DNA of 64,000 nt from an uncultured virus (IMG/VR IMGVR_UViG_3300020037_009485) (IMGVR_UViG_3300020037_009485); one strand, 5' to 3'. Positions 18,214 to 28,302 are shown, counted from the first letter of the stretch. Numbers and translations are program-made. Notes: generated by a model not told the origin, from the sequence alone.

Positions 18214-19015
18214 TATCTTGTTTTAAATCATTAGTACAAATACCTTTATTAAACGCGCAATATTTACATGCACTTAAACTAACACTTTTAGCTTTAGTTA
18301 ACTCTGTAGAAGGTAATTGTTGTTTTATCTCTTTAGCTACTCTAGTCATATCCTCAACAATATATTCTCTAAACTCATCAGAGATTTTAATCTCATACTG
18401 TTGTACATCAATTGGGTCTCGTGCTAAAGCGACAAATCGAGTAGTTATTTTATCTAAGGGTATATTATGTTTTTTAGAAAAGAAATGTTTATATAAAGCT
18501 AATTGTCCAAAAAAACTTTTATCCTCTAGTTTTTTATCTATATCCCAAGGTTTTGTTGCTGACTTCCAATCTATAATTAATATATCCCCTGTTTCTTTGT
18601 GTTTTAATATTAAGTCAATGATACCTTTGAATTTGAACTCCCCATCTTCATCTTGAAATAAAGGTTCCATTATTTCCTCTTCAACACCAACAACATCATA
18701 CTCTTTGAATCTTTCAAAGAAATCTAATGTCTTTAAGATTGCTGTTCCTTGAATAGAAAAGTTTCTACCAAAGTAAGAATTTAAAGTAATAATATTAGAT
18801 TCGATTTCTAAATACTTCTTGAATACTTTTTCGTATAAGATTTTACTATGCTTCTTTTGAATAATTTCTTCAATTGAAGAATGTAAAGCAGAACCGAACA
18901 CTAAAAATTCATTTGTACCTTCTTGTAATTTGAGTCTATATTGAATAGCATGTTTAAAACTACATGCAGCATAAAGTCTATACTCTGAAAAGGAAATATG
19001 TTTTCTTTTCTCCAT
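18179..19015 (-). CDS. PD-(D/E)XK nuclease (RecB/Cas4-like)
   Basis: ISFS...C, FGSALH, FKGIIDL, IIDWKS, QLALY, C-terminal CKYCAF...C (Fe-S-type cysteines). Confidence 0.88.
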   Translation of the reverse strand: MEKRKHISFSEYRLYAACSFKHAIQYRLKLQEGTNEFLVFGSALHSSIEEIIQKKHSKILYEKVFKKYLEIESNIITLNSYFGRNFSIQGTAILKTLDFFERFKEYDVVGVEEEIMEPLFQDEDGEFKFKGIIDLILKHKETGDILIIDWKSATKPWDIDKKLEDKSFFGQLALYKHFFSKKHNIPLDKITTRFVALARDPIDVQQYEIKISDEFREYIVEDMTRVAKEIKQQLPSTELTKAKSVSLSACKYCAFNKGICTNDLKQDIDTKNEEEKSI

Positions 19016-19019
19016 TATT

Positions 19020-19493
19020 TTAACCCTTTTCGATTTCGTTTATTATTTCTTCCTTCAACTCTTTTTTTATCTTACTTATTTCCTTTTCTAAGTCTGATTC
19101 AATTACTTGTAAGTCAGTAATTTCAAATGCATCATCTTCTTTCTTTATAGCATCAAAAGAAAAAACTTTTTCAAGTCTAACTTCATGAGTTAAACCATCT
19201 ATCCAACCTTGACCTCTACTTCTGAAAACCCTATTACTTAAATCTTTACGTAAAATTTCCCCTTTTGGTGTGTTTAAAATTTCTACTTCCCCTGTTAAAT
19301 ATTCCCCTTCAATTCGAATATTTCTCACAACATGAGAAGCTTCTGAAGGACTAACTTCTTCACAAGGTAAATTTTCCAATTCACCGTAAATATCATTACT
19401 ATTTAATTCATCTAGAAGAGGGATAACACTTTCCTTTCGATAAATTCGTCCGTTTAAGTTTAAACAATCAAACTTTAATAGTATTACTCTCAT
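19020..19493 (-). CDS. prohead-protease (gp21-like) paralogue, catalytic residues substituted, with IxxEL tail
   Basis: NLNGRIY, YGELEN, SHVV, GEVEILNTPKG, RSRGQG. Confidence 0.75.
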   Translation of the reverse strand: MRVILLKFDCLNLNGRIYRKESVIPLLDELNSNDIYGELENLPCEEVSPSEASHVVRNIRIEGEYLTGEVEILNTPKGEILRKDLSNRVFRSRGQGWIDGLTHEVRLEKVFSFDAIKKEDDAFEITDLQVIESDLEKEISKIKKELKEEIINEIEKG

Positions 19494-19505
19494 CTTCTTT
19501 AGTTT

Positions 19506-20048
19506 TTAAAACTTTCCATCACCACCGTTGTCTTTACAGAAGCGAGAATAAGCTGAAATTAAATCAATTTCATTTTGTGAAGATGGTCCGAAAACTTGCA
19601 TAACTAAAGGGAACTGCATTACTGAAGGATTAGTAGACTTTAATTTGTTTTTATCATCAAATTGAAGTTTTTCAAGTTCATGTAGCATAACACGCAATTT
19701 ATTATCTACATCTAACGCACACCATTCATCCCAACCAATAATAATTACTGCATCTAATCCATGTAATATTTTTTGTAAATCATTTTCAGTTTTAGCTTGA
19801 CCATGAATTGCTAATTCACCTTGCTTAGATGCTTTTTGTTTGAATACATATTGTATATTTGACCCTAAAAGGTCATTACGATACTTTCTAATTAAAAATT
19901 TACCATACTCTGCTAACTCTGCATCAATGATAAACTTCTCACCTGTCATCGGCCAATTGTCTAACGTTCCTTCTTTAGGAGTAAAACCAATACGTGTTGC
20001 TATTTCTGCACCTGTTCCTGTTACAGTTGCTGTGTTTACTTTTTCCAT
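19506..20048 (-). CDS. putative phage metallopeptidase-like protein
   Basis: IQYVF...DAVIII...W...VMLHEL; second His of HExxH absent. Confidence 0.5.
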   Translation of the reverse strand: MEKVNTATVTGTGAEIATRIGFTPKEGTLDNWPMTGEKFIIDAELAEYGKFLIRKYRNDLLGSNIQYVFKQKASKQGELAIHGQAKTENDLQKILHGLDAVIIIGWDEWCALDVDNKLRVMLHELEKLQFDDKNKLKSTNPSVMQFPLVMQVFGPSSQNEIDLISAYSRFCKDNGGDGKF

Positions 20049-20052
20049 TTTT

Positions 20053-20724
20053 TTATTTTTTTAATTTGTTAACAAAATCATAAAACTCTTGTCTAGATAA
20101 ACTACTGTCATCCATAAAACAACCAGATAATTTAGAAGTCATCATAGTTGAATCATGTTGAATACCTCTCAAACATGCACACATATGGCCTGCTTCAATG
20201 AATACTGCTACACCTTGATTACCTTCACATGTTTTATTAATAAAGTCATGTATTTGCATAGTTAAATTTTCTTGCACTTGTGGTCTACGAGAAAAGAAAT
20301 CTACAATACGATTTAATTTTGATAAACCGATTACTTTTCCATCTTTACCAGGGATATAAGCTACATGAGCTTTACCTACAAAAGGTAAAAGATGATGAGA
20401 GCATAATGATTTCAATTCAATATTTCCTTGAAATACCATTCCATCATACTTATCTGTATTTTCAAATGCTGTAATTTTAGGTTCTTGTGAATAACAACCT
20501 CCCATTAATTCATTCACCAAAGCTTTAGTAAAACGTCTTGGGGTGTCTTTCATGTGTGCTGCATTTTCGTGATCAAAACGTAATGCAGTTAAAAACTTTT
20601 CCATATGTGGAATTGCTTCTTCAATAATTTGTGCTCTTTCTTCAAGGGATAAACCTAGGTTTCCGTTAGGTTCCCCTAACATTGTTTTTTCTTTTTGTTC
20701 AGATGTTCCTGTGTTGTTTGTCAT
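20053..20724 (-). CDS. folE: GTP cyclohydrolase I
   Basis: [42 protein letters not shown]; start re-called to MTNN at 20724. Confidence 0.95.
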   Translation of the reverse strand: MTNNTGTSEQKEKTMLGEPNGNLGLSLEERAQIIEEAIPHMEKFLTALRFDHENAAHMKDTPRRFTKALVNELMGGCYSQEPKITAFENTDKYDGMVFQGNIELKSLCSHHLLPFVGKAHVAYIPGKDGKVIGLSKLNRIVDFFSRRPQVQENLTMQIHDFINKTCEGNQGVAVFIEAGHMCACLRGIQHDSTMMTSKLSGCFMDDSSLSRQEFYDFVNKLKK

Positions 20725-20787
20725 TATATATATTTTAAATTTCTTTAAAAGTGTACAAAACAATTATCAAAAACAATGAGACAAAAA

Positions 20788-20814
20788 AAATCCTTCAGAA
20801 TTTCTGAAGGATTT
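20788..20814 (-). terminator. intrinsic terminator
   Basis: AAATCCTTCAGAA-T-TTCTGAAGGATTT with a T-tract on the minus strand. Confidence 0.7.
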
Positions 20815-20834
20815 CAAATAATAAAAATCTTTTG

Positions 20835-21080
20835 TTATTGTTGAGAAGTTGCAATAATGCTTTTTACATTAGTAGACTTTACACTTCTCCAATCTTTTTT
20901 TGCAAAATCGTAATAAGGGAAACTAGAACCTTTTTCTTCGACTGCAGTTTTAGGGTGAGATTGTTCAGGGATAAAACTTAAATTAGCTGTCCCAATTGCT
21001 TTACGTACTTCCCCATTGCTTTTTTCGTATTCGAAACAAACAATACCTTTAGAAAGGTTTTCTTTTAATTGTTCATACAT
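20835..21080 (-). CDS. SH3-like beta-barrel protein (DUF2693/WYL_2-like)
   Basis: FEYEKSNGEVRKAIGT...YYDF.KKDWRS. Confidence 0.75.
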   Translation of the reverse strand: MYEQLKENLSKGIVCFEYEKSNGEVRKAIGTANLSFIPEQSHPKTAVEEKGSSFPYYDFAKKDWRSVKSTNVKSIIATSQQ

Positions 21081-21193
21081 GGTTATAAAGTTATATTTTT
21101 AAATTAGACCTTAATTTAAGAACTTTTTTTTAGAAAACAATTTTCTTTCTTGTTTTTTTTCCATATTTAAAGGAAACCTAGGTAACATTAACA

Positions 21194-21697
21194 ATGTCTT
21201 ACAAAGCAAAAAGACAATCTCGTATAACTTCATTAATCAACGAAGCAATTTCACGCGTTGACCATAGTATTTCTCAACAAAACTTTATAAAAGAAGAATT
21301 ACCATCAACTAAAGGTGTTAATATTAAAGTTAAAGATCTAGCTACTATGGATGCAGATAAAATATCTAAAATAGCTGATAAAACTACTGTAAATGTTGTT
21401 GCTGAAGCAGATGAAGTTTCAATTGAAACACCTACACAGACTTCAGAGAAAGATAGAATTGAAAGTTCAGTACAAGAAGTTGCAATTTTTAATTTAGAAA
21501 ATTGGGCGAATGATTTACATTTGAATATTGGTGAAGCTGAAGAAAGTGTAAATAACGTTGTTAAATTTGGTTACTATGAAGGAAATCAATATATTGCTAT
21601 ATTAGTATATCCTACAGGTGTTATTAAAGTTTCTGGACATATTGTTCAAGACTTTGATGACTTTCAAAATATTGTTAATTTTCATAGAGATTTATAA
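21194..21697 (+). CDS. hypothetical late protein (possible head protein)
   Basis: TATTTA upstream at 21164; N-terminal LINE and IKEE sites. Confidence 0.55.
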   Translation: MSYKAKRQSRITSLINEAISRVDHSISQQNFIKEELPSTKGVNIKVKDLATMDADKISKIADKTTVNVVAEADEVSIETPTQTSEKDRIESSVQEVAIFNLENWANDLHLNIGEAEESVNNVVKFGYYEGNQYIAILVYPTGVIKVSGHIVQDFDDFQNIVNFHRDL

Positions 21698-22029
21698 TGG
21701 CAGAGAATCCTCAAGGAGAATCATGGGAAATATGGTCAAAACATGTTCTTAAAGAGTTAGAACGTTTAAATTCTAACTATGAAAGTATTAAAACTGAACT
21801 AGCTGATATGAGAGAAGAAATGGCTGAAATTAAAGCTACTACATCTGTTATCGGTGAGTTAAAGCAATGGAAAAAAGATATTGACGATGTTGCTTCACCT
21901 TCACAGATTAGATCTATGAGAGATGAAATTGAACGTCTGAAGACTTTTAAAACTATTTCTACTACTGCTTGGGCGATTGTTCAAATTATCTTTGGTGTTG
22001 TATTAGCAATCATTGGTCTTTTCAAATAA
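21697..22029 (+). CDS. coiled-coil protein with C-terminal transmembrane helix
   Basis: Heptad repeats, then AWAIVQIIFGVVLAIIGLF. Confidence 0.6.
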   Translation: MAENPQGESWEIWSKHVLKELERLNSNYESIKTELADMREEMAEIKATTSVIGELKQWKKDIDDVASPSQIRSMRDEIERLKTFKTISTTAWAIVQIIFGVVLAIIGLFK

Positions 22030-22047
22030 GAATTTATTTAAAAATAA

Positions 22048-22072
22048 AAAAGCTAGATAATATCTAGCTTTT
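22048..22072. terminator. bidirectional terminator between convergent genes
   Basis: AAAAGCTAGATA-A-TATCTAGCTTTT. Confidence 0.65.
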
Positions 22073-22399
22073 CTTTTGTCTACTTACTTTATCTTGATAG
22101 TAAGTGTTTTGTTCTTCTATAATTTTAAAGTTATTCTCATAAGCTTCACAAGTTTTTAAAAACGTTGCAATATCTTGTTCAGATAACTCAAACCATTCTC
22201 CAATAGTTTTTTTACAATCGTAATGTCGATGTAAAACAGATTCTAACTTAAAACCGTAATTTGTTTCAAATTCTGTTATCGTTGTTAAAGATTCACTACT
22301 ACCAGTTTGTAATTGTTTAACCCTTAAACTAACATTATTTTTTGTAACACCAATTTTATACTTATTGGTATTGATTTGATTGATCAAATATATTTTCAT
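22064..22399 (-). CDS. GIY-YIG nuclease (T5orf172/MUG113-like)
   Basis: IYLI...YKIGVT...RVKQLQTG...LESVLH...GEWF. Confidence 0.85.
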   Translation of the reverse strand: MKIYLINQINTNKYKIGVTKNNVSLRVKQLQTGSSESLTTITEFETNYGFKLESVLHRHYDCKKTIGEWFELSEQDIATFLKTCEAYENNFKIIEEQNTYYQDKVSRQKKS

Positions 22400-22401
22400 A
22401 A

Positions 22402-23583
22402 TTAATAACTAACATCTATAATTTTATTTCCTACTTTTTCTGCAAGAGTTTTTAACTCTACATCTCCTAAAGATAAGAAATAATTTTCACTGTTAGTATC
22501 ATTATAAAACTGAATACTTTCTATTGTAACTGAGTTTAACTCAAAATCTGAATCTTCAGGTGTAATGTCTCTTGAATTGCTTGCTCTTGCTGGAGTATAA
22601 CTGTAATCAATCACATATTTTAATTCAACCCAACCGTCAAAATGTTTACCATATTCTTTTGTGTTAAAACCTAATAAGATTTCTACAGATTCTTCATTAT
22701 CACCTGGTTCAGCTTCAACTATATAAGGGAACTTTGTAGTTGCATCAGTTATATAAGGAGTTTTATTAGCTAACATATCAGCTAAAATACTTTTAACCAT
22801 TTTAGTTGCTTCTGGTTCAAGAATAACTTCTTCAACTTCTTCTTCAATAAGGGATGTTATATGTTCTTCCTCAGAAGGTTCATCTTCTCTGGTTACAACA
22901 TAATCTATATCATCTTCATTTTCTTTAGTTTGAAATAAAACTGAACTTTCTTTATCTAAAATCTCTACAACGTTTTTTAATTTAGATAAAGCTTCTTTCA
23001 ATTCATCTGCTAAAGTGTTTTCAGCTTTTGAAGTTATTATAAAATTTTCTAATTGTTGAACTAAAGCTTCTAATTGTGATCTTTGATTAAGAGCTAGTTC
23101 AGGGTCTATACTCATTTCTTTTTCTGGTGCAACAATTTCTGAAGAAGCAATTTCTGGTTCACTCTCAATAGTAGCTAACTTTGTATAGTATTCTGAATCT
23201 TCTGTTAAGTGATCTAATACAATTTCTAAAGCTATTTTAGGATCATTAGTATGTTCCATTTCTACTTTCAAACCTGTTGAAATTTGTTCTGGTGAAAAGT
23301 CACTAACTTTTGCATCATCACCTATACCGCCAGGTAATTCGTCTTCAACTACAACTTCACTAGCTTCTAATCGTGTTAGTTTCTTTTTAGCTCTATCTAA
23401 TTCTCTTTGCAAAGAATCTAACTTTGATAATATTGCTAACTTAGCTCCCCTAGGAACATCTTTCCAATATTCATCATCTTCAACTTCTGCTTTACGATTT
23501 TGATAAGCTTGTTCTAAAGAAGAAATACGAGATTTTAACTGTTCAACACTTTCAACTGCTTCTTTTAAGTTTTTCTTGTCCAT
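22402..23583 (-). CDS. acidic multi-domain protein with DUF5661-like domain (possible head protein)
   Basis: GLKVEMEHTNDPKIALEIVLDHLTEDSEYYTKL; N-terminal KNLKE. Confidence 0.65.
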   Translation of the reverse strand: MDKKNLKEAVESVEQLKSRISSLEQAYQNRKAEVEDDEYWKDVPRGAKLAILSKLDSLQRELDRAKKKLTRLEASEVVVEDELPGGIGDDAKVSDFSPEQISTGLKVEMEHTNDPKIALEIVLDHLTEDSEYYTKLATIESEPEIASSEIVAPEKEMSIDPELALNQRSQLEALVQQLENFIITSKAENTLADELKEALSKLKNVVEILDKESSVLFQTKENEDDIDYVVTREDEPSEEEHITSLIEEEVEEVILEPEATKMVKSILADMLANKTPYITDATTKFPYIVEAEPGDNEESVEILLGFNTKEYGKHFDGWVELKYVIDYSYTPARASNSRDITPEDSDFELNSVTIESIQFYNDTNSENYFLSLGDVELKTLAEKVGNKIIDVSY

Positions 23584-23593
23584 TATTTAATTT

Positions 23594-24094
23594 TTATTCG
23601 TCTGCTAATAAAATTTCCATTGTATGAGGTGCTTTTCTATTACCACCAAAATATGGCCATAATTTATAACCTATTTTAAATAGGTTATTTGGCTTATCTA
23701 TTGTACGTTGAATCAAGTTTTTACCTTCAAACACAGTAAATACATATTTTTTATTACTTACACTAATCATAAGTTTATATTCTTGTTCAGGTTTAATTAA
23801 AGTAATAAATTTTTCTTCTCGTTTACCGTTTATATAACAATAAGCAAAAAGAGCTATATGATCTTCTACACAATGCCAACCAAATCTTGCTGAATTATTA
23901 TGATGTAACCCGTAAGAAAATCCAAAGAGTTTATTAATATCTAACTTATCAGGGAAAGGTAAAGTATATAAGCAAGATTTTTTAAATATCACCTGTTTAA
24001 CCATACGTCTACAATCAAATAATAAACTAAATCGGAATAATATATTACACCAATGCCAGTTTTTCCAAATTTTATAAGATTTAAACTTTGACAT
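23594..24094 (-). CDS. hypothetical protein (beta-sandwich-like)
   Basis: INKLFGFSYG.HH.NSARFGW...PYFGGN. Confidence 0.6.
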   Translation of the reverse strand: MSKFKSYKIWKNWHWCNILFRFSLLFDCRRMVKQVIFKKSCLYTLPFPDKLDINKLFGFSYGLHHNNSARFGWHCVEDHIALFAYCYINGKREEKFITLIKPEQEYKLMISVSNKKYVFTVFEGKNLIQRTIDKPNNLFKIGYKLWPYFGGNRKAPHTMEILLADE

Positions 24095-24110
24095 TATATT
24101 GAGTATTAAA

Positions 24111-24338
24111 CTATAAACCTCTTAACTCTTTCCAGAATTTATAAAAACCAAAATATGCTATTACACTCATTGCTAAAATAGGAATAATCAAAACTAATTG
24201 ACCGGTTCCTTCTAAATCAATAAACCCGTAAATTGTAAAAGCTAATGCTAATATAAACAATTGAATATAAAAGTTTTTCCACATAATCTTAAACCAGTTT
24301 TTAAAACTATGATCTCCGTTTGTATAATCTTTTCCCAT
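24111..24338 (-). CDS. small two-TM membrane protein
   Basis: Two hydrophobic helices. Confidence 0.6.
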   Translation of the reverse strand: MGKDYTNGDHSFKNWFKIMWKNFYIQLFILALAFTIYGFIDLEGTGQLVLIIPILAMSVIAYFGFYKFWKELRGL

Positions 24339-24787
24339 TAATAATAATATATTTTATAAATTTTATTTTGTTTCATAAAAAAACTTAACTTTGGATTCAA
24401 TTCAAGAGTTTCTGTTAAATTGAAAACAATTGTATACATCACTTCTTGTTCTGATTCTTTCTTATATACATCATAAGTGTATCCTGTGAATGAAGCACAT
24501 ATAAAGTTTAAACTTTCTTTTATTGCTGCTTTAGTTTCTATCGATTCTAATGTTTGATTTTCTATTTGTACAAAGATTTGTACAGAATCTTTTAAATAAG
24601 CACTTAACACTTGATATTCGCAATGCAATGTTCCCCAGTCTATATCAGAAAAGAATTGTTTTTCATCGAAAAACGTTAATTCTAACTTGTTTTTTACTTG
24701 AACTGTATCTTTACTAGGTGTTGCTATTGAAATACTAGCAAAACAAAGAAAACATAGTGAAATTACATATTGTTTAAGACGAGTCAT
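24338..24787 (-). CDS. secreted/periplasmic hypothetical protein
   Basis: Signal-peptide-like N-terminus (…FASISIA|T). Confidence 0.55.
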   Translation of the reverse strand: MTRLKQYVISLCFLCFASISIATPSKDTVQVKNKLELTFFDEKQFFSDIDWGTLHCEYQVLSAYLKDSVQIFVQIENQTLESIETKAAIKESLNFICASFTGYTYDVYKKESEQEVMYTIVFNLTETLELNPKLSFFMKQNKIYKIYYY

Positions 24788-24834
24788 AAATAGTTTATTT
24801 TAAATAGTTTATATACAGTAAAACTGTGAAATAA

Positions 24835-24870
24835 AAAAAAGATTATTAGTTTGTGCTAATAATCTTTTTT
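24835..24870 (-). terminator. intrinsic terminator after the tail tube gene
   Basis: AAAAAAGATTATTAG-TTTGTG-CTAATAATCTTTTTT. Confidence 0.7.
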
Positions 24871-24893
24871 TAACGTATACTCTTTGTAACTTT

Positions 24894-25433
24894 TTAGAAA
24901 ACTTGGACGAACGAGTCGCACTGTATGGTTATTGAAATTGTAGCAATATCATCTGAATCTGCTGTTACTTCACCACCATCTAAATCAGTTATAAAGCATC
25001 CATAAAGATAAAACTTTTGAATTACTGCTCCAGTTGGATCTTCCATGTTAAGAGTTAATGTTTTCTTATATGTTGCAGCATATCCACCTTTTCCTGTTGC
25101 AAAATCTGTATGTTCTCTTTGCCATTGTAAAAGTTTTTGGAAAATTGCAGGACCGATAGCATCTCTGAAAACAATTGTCATCGGTTCCATTTTTGTCTTA
25201 CCTTTATAAAAAGTAGATAAGTTTTTAAACATAACTTCTTTTGAAGCATTTGTCATTTTTGGTCTTGACGCAGACACTTCCAAAATCTCTGGAATACCCA
25301 TTTGAACTGGAAATTCTAAAGACCATAAATCTTTTCTTATCGGTTCAAACTGATTTGGGATATTAGAAAATAATTGACCTGAGTTTGCATATCCAGTTTT
25401 AAATGGCTTTACTATATTTGTGTTGTTTAACAT
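24894..25433 (-). CDS. tail tube protein (T4 gp19-like)
   Basis: FEPIRKD.W, SASRP, YKGK...PMTIVFRD, GYAATYKK, DPTGAVIQ...GCF. Confidence 0.85.
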   Translation of the reverse strand: MLNNTNIVKPFKTGYANSGQLFSNIPNQFEPIRKDLWSLEFPVQMGIPEILEVSASRPKMTNASKEVMFKNLSTFYKGKTKMEPMTIVFRDAIGPAIFQKLLQWQREHTDFATGKGGYAATYKKTLTLNMEDPTGAVIQKFYLYGCFITDLDGGEVTADSDDIATISITIQCDSFVQVF

Positions 25434-25580
25434 TCACTTAAATTTAATTGTTTATTATAAATATAAATTATTTTATAGGTTTATCGTTTCTAATAGAAAA
25501 AAGAAACACTTTTGAAGTTTTTTATTTCCTCAAAAGTGTCTGTCTTAAAATTCTATTTTAAGAGTGGTTAAAACTATTAA

Positions 25581-26522
25581 TTAATATTCGCTTTCACCTT
25601 GATAGTCTAATAAAGCGTTATACATTTTAGTTTTAAAAATTTTAGGGTTATTGATTGTAATACCATGAGGCATATCATCACCTCTAGCAATCCACCAATA
25701 ATAATCTAAAGTTTCGTCAACAATTCCGCGAACTGTATCTTCTATCGTTGATGCTTTAAAACCAGCTTTTCTTAACAAGGAATCTATTTCTCTGAATTCG
25801 TCAAACGATGTACTCAATCCAATGTCTTTTTTAAACGTTTTTGCAACTTCAGTCAACTTTACATTTTCTGTCGTTACTTGTTTAATATATCCTCTTCTTA
25901 GATATAAAGGAATCAAAGTCTTTTCAACAAACTCTTCATCACCTTCTATATCAATTATTTCATCTAAAGTAAAATAAGGTTTTAAAGAATTTATATCTTT
26001 TAAAACTACAGCTGCACCATATACTGTTTGTGCATCCATAGCATCATCACCTAATTCAAAATCATCCTCAACACCTAATCTAACTAATGCACTATGTAGT
26101 TGTTTATAATCAGCAACTAAAGATTTTCCTTTACTAGTTAATTCAAACTTTGTAGAAGATGAAGCTTCTTTTAACTTAACCTTTTTACCAGTTAGTTTTT
26201 CTAACTTTTCGATTAATTTATCTACTTTGTTGCTACTTTCCTTTATTAAAGAAGTTAACTTTTGTAATGAAACATAAACACCATCATCAGAGTTTTGTGC
26301 ATAATTTAAAATTTTACCTGTGTTAATTTCAACTGGAGAATATACTATTGTGTACTCATCCCCTAAAACAGTGTAAACGTTAACTTTTTGAAAAAAATAA
26401 ATTCCATAATCAAACTCTTCACTTATTTCTTTTACTTCAAGTAACATTTCTTCTTTAGATATTTTAGAAGAACTATCTACAGTTACTCCACCTCTATCTA
26501 TTCCTACAACATATCTAAACAT
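25581..26522 (-). CDS. modular late protein with an LEKLTGKKVKLKE motif (putative internal head protein)
   Basis: Motif at about 26164..26220; further IKE and LTE sites. Confidence 0.6.
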   Translation of the reverse strand: MFRYVVGIDRGGVTVDSSSKISKEEMLLEVKEISEEFDYGIYFFQKVNVYTVLGDEYTIVYSPVEINTGKILNYAQNSDDGVYVSLQKLTSLIKESSNKVDKLIEKLEKLTGKKVKLKEASSSTKFELTSKGKSLVADYKQLHSALVRLGVEDDFELGDDAMDAQTVYGAAVVLKDINSLKPYFTLDEIIDIEGDEEFVEKTLIPLYLRRGYIKQVTTENVKLTEVAKTFKKDIGLSTSFDEFREIDSLLRKAGFKASTIEDTVRGIVDETLDYYWWIARGDDMPHGITINNPKIFKTKMYNALLDYQGESEY

Positions 26523-26610
26523 TAACCTAATTCCTTTTTCAGTTTCTTTTATTAACTAGTTTTCTAACTTTTCGATTAATTTATTTGTTTTGTACATTAC
26601 TTTAATCAGA

Positions 26611-28023
26611 TTAAAGTTCTTTTTGTTCGAAAATTTTATCTAACAAAGTTTTATCAAACTTTCCAGCTTTAATAGTATTAGACGAATAAAGAGCAATACG
26701 AGATAATTGTTTTACTAAGAAAGCAATTCTATCTGTTAATGTAGAAAAATCTTCATTAGATGCAGTTGCACCAGATGTAATTTGTTTTTTTATAGCTCTC
26801 AATTGAGTTGTTGCTTTATCAATCTCTGCTAATGTATTTGTAACATAAGCGTCAATTTCTTTAATAACAGAAGCAGGAATAATATTACCTAAGATTGGTT
26901 CAGAAGCATCTTCTGTAGCTGCTTTTAACGCTGCTTCATCTGATTTTGCTACTGCTGTATCTTCTACTTCAACCTCTTCTTCTTCCTTTTCTTCTTTATC
27001 TTTTTTAGCTTCTGTCAATTTATCTTTTTTACAAGAACATTCAATTGAAGATTCTACTAATTTTACTTTTTTACCTGCTAGTTTTTCAATTTCACCTTCA
27101 AGTAATTCTATTTGTTTTTTCTTTGACATTATATTTTTATTTTCTTTTAATTGTTTTTCTCGAACTTCTAAACATTCATCACCGTTACCGTCAACGAATT
27201 TTTCAATTATTTCATATTCAATTCCATATTTTGAACATAATTTATCTAATTGTTCTTTTTCAAAACTGTAAACAATACAAACACCAGGTTTACCCTCTTC
27301 ACTAGGACCACTTATTGTATTATTCATTTCTCCAATTATAGAAGTGATTTCTTCTAAACTCATAGCGCTAGGTCTTGACTCTTTAAGTTTACTTTTAACT
27401 GATTCTTTTATTTTATTACTGTTTTCTGTTTGATAAGGGACTTCTTTCCAATTATAATAATCCATCCATTCTTCTACTGCATTGTCCAAATATTCAACTT
27501 TGTTATCATATTCTTCTTTATCAAACTCATTAAACTTATATGCTTTCAAAATTTCTTTTGCTTCTTTCCCCCTTTTTGTATTTGGTTCTTTTTTTATAGC
27601 TGTTTTTAAAATCCAAAGATTATCTTTTAAATCCCTATACTCTTCAGTCATTAAACCTAAACTTGTAGGTGCTTTTTTTACCACTGCTTCGTCTAAATCT
27701 AACTCTATTTCTTTTACTTTGTTTTTAGCATCTTTCATACTAACTAAAGACATTGCCCAACTTCCTTCTTCTGTCATATCACCAATAGTCTTTTTACTTT
27801 TCAGTTTAGAAATTAATTTTGGTTCATCAGTAAGAATCTCTGATATAAACCATATTGTTTGTTTTGTTTTAGTTTCTAGTTTTCTTACCAATTCACCAAA
27901 CAACTCATCGTCAGTTGCATGAGCTTTCCGTAAAGCTTGCAAACTTTCAAGTGTTAAAACCACAGCTGTTTTAAAAGTATCACCCCTAGAAGGGTAATAT
28001 TCAAAATAATATACTTTTTCCAT
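26611..28023 (-). CDS. modular late protein with an IEKLAGKKVKLVE motif
   Basis: Motif at about 27049..27093; several L/I-x-E sites (LDE, IKE, LKE, LTE). Confidence 0.6.
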   Translation of the reverse strand: MEKVYYFEYYPSRGDTFKTAVVLTLESLQALRKAHATDDELFGELVRKLETKTKQTIWFISEILTDEPKLISKLKSKKTIGDMTEEGSWAMSLVSMKDAKNKVKEIELDLDEAVVKKAPTSLGLMTEEYRDLKDNLWILKTAIKKEPNTKRGKEAKEILKAYKFNEFDKEEYDNKVEYLDNAVEEWMDYYNWKEVPYQTENSNKIKESVKSKLKESRPSAMSLEEITSIIGEMNNTISGPSEEGKPGVCIVYSFEKEQLDKLCSKYGIEYEIIEKFVDGNGDECLEVREKQLKENKNIMSKKKQIELLEGEIEKLAGKKVKLVESSIECSCKKDKLTEAKKDKEEKEEEEVEVEDTAVAKSDEAALKAATEDASEPILGNIIPASVIKEIDAYVTNTLAEIDKATTQLRAIKKQITSGATASNEDFSTLTDRIAFLVKQLSRIALYSSNTIKAGKFDKTLLDKIFEQKEL

Positions 28024-28026
28024 TTC

Positions 28027-28302
28027 TTACTGTCCAGTTTCTCCATGGATTTTTTTAGCTAAAACTTGAATTTCAGCTATTGCTTGACCGCAATGATTAT
28101 AAATTGAATCTAATTCTGCTTTATATGCTTGTTGATACATATTAGGCATTTGAATATATATATTAGCTTGAGCGTCTTGTAAAGCTTTTCTCGCTTCATC
28201 TAACAAATCAAACACTTCTTTTGATCTTTCAGATGCAGGAGCTTCAACTTCTTTTAAGAAAGTTTTATTTAAAACTTTTTCAATTTTCTTTTCTTTACTC
28301 AT
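28027..28302 (-). CDS. small late protein
   Basis: Two CTATTTA boxes upstream; N-terminal FLKE. Confidence 0.55.
   Translation of the reverse strand: MSKEKKIEKVLNKTFLKEVEAPASERSKEVFDLLDEARKALQDAQANIYIQMPNMYQQAYKAELDSIYNHCGQAIAEIQVLAKKIHGETGQ

Noticed and set aside
18179..19015. Cas4 as evidence of a CRISPR-Cas system
   Set aside because: Solo PD-(D/E)XK nucleases are common in phages; no other cas genes or arrays are present.
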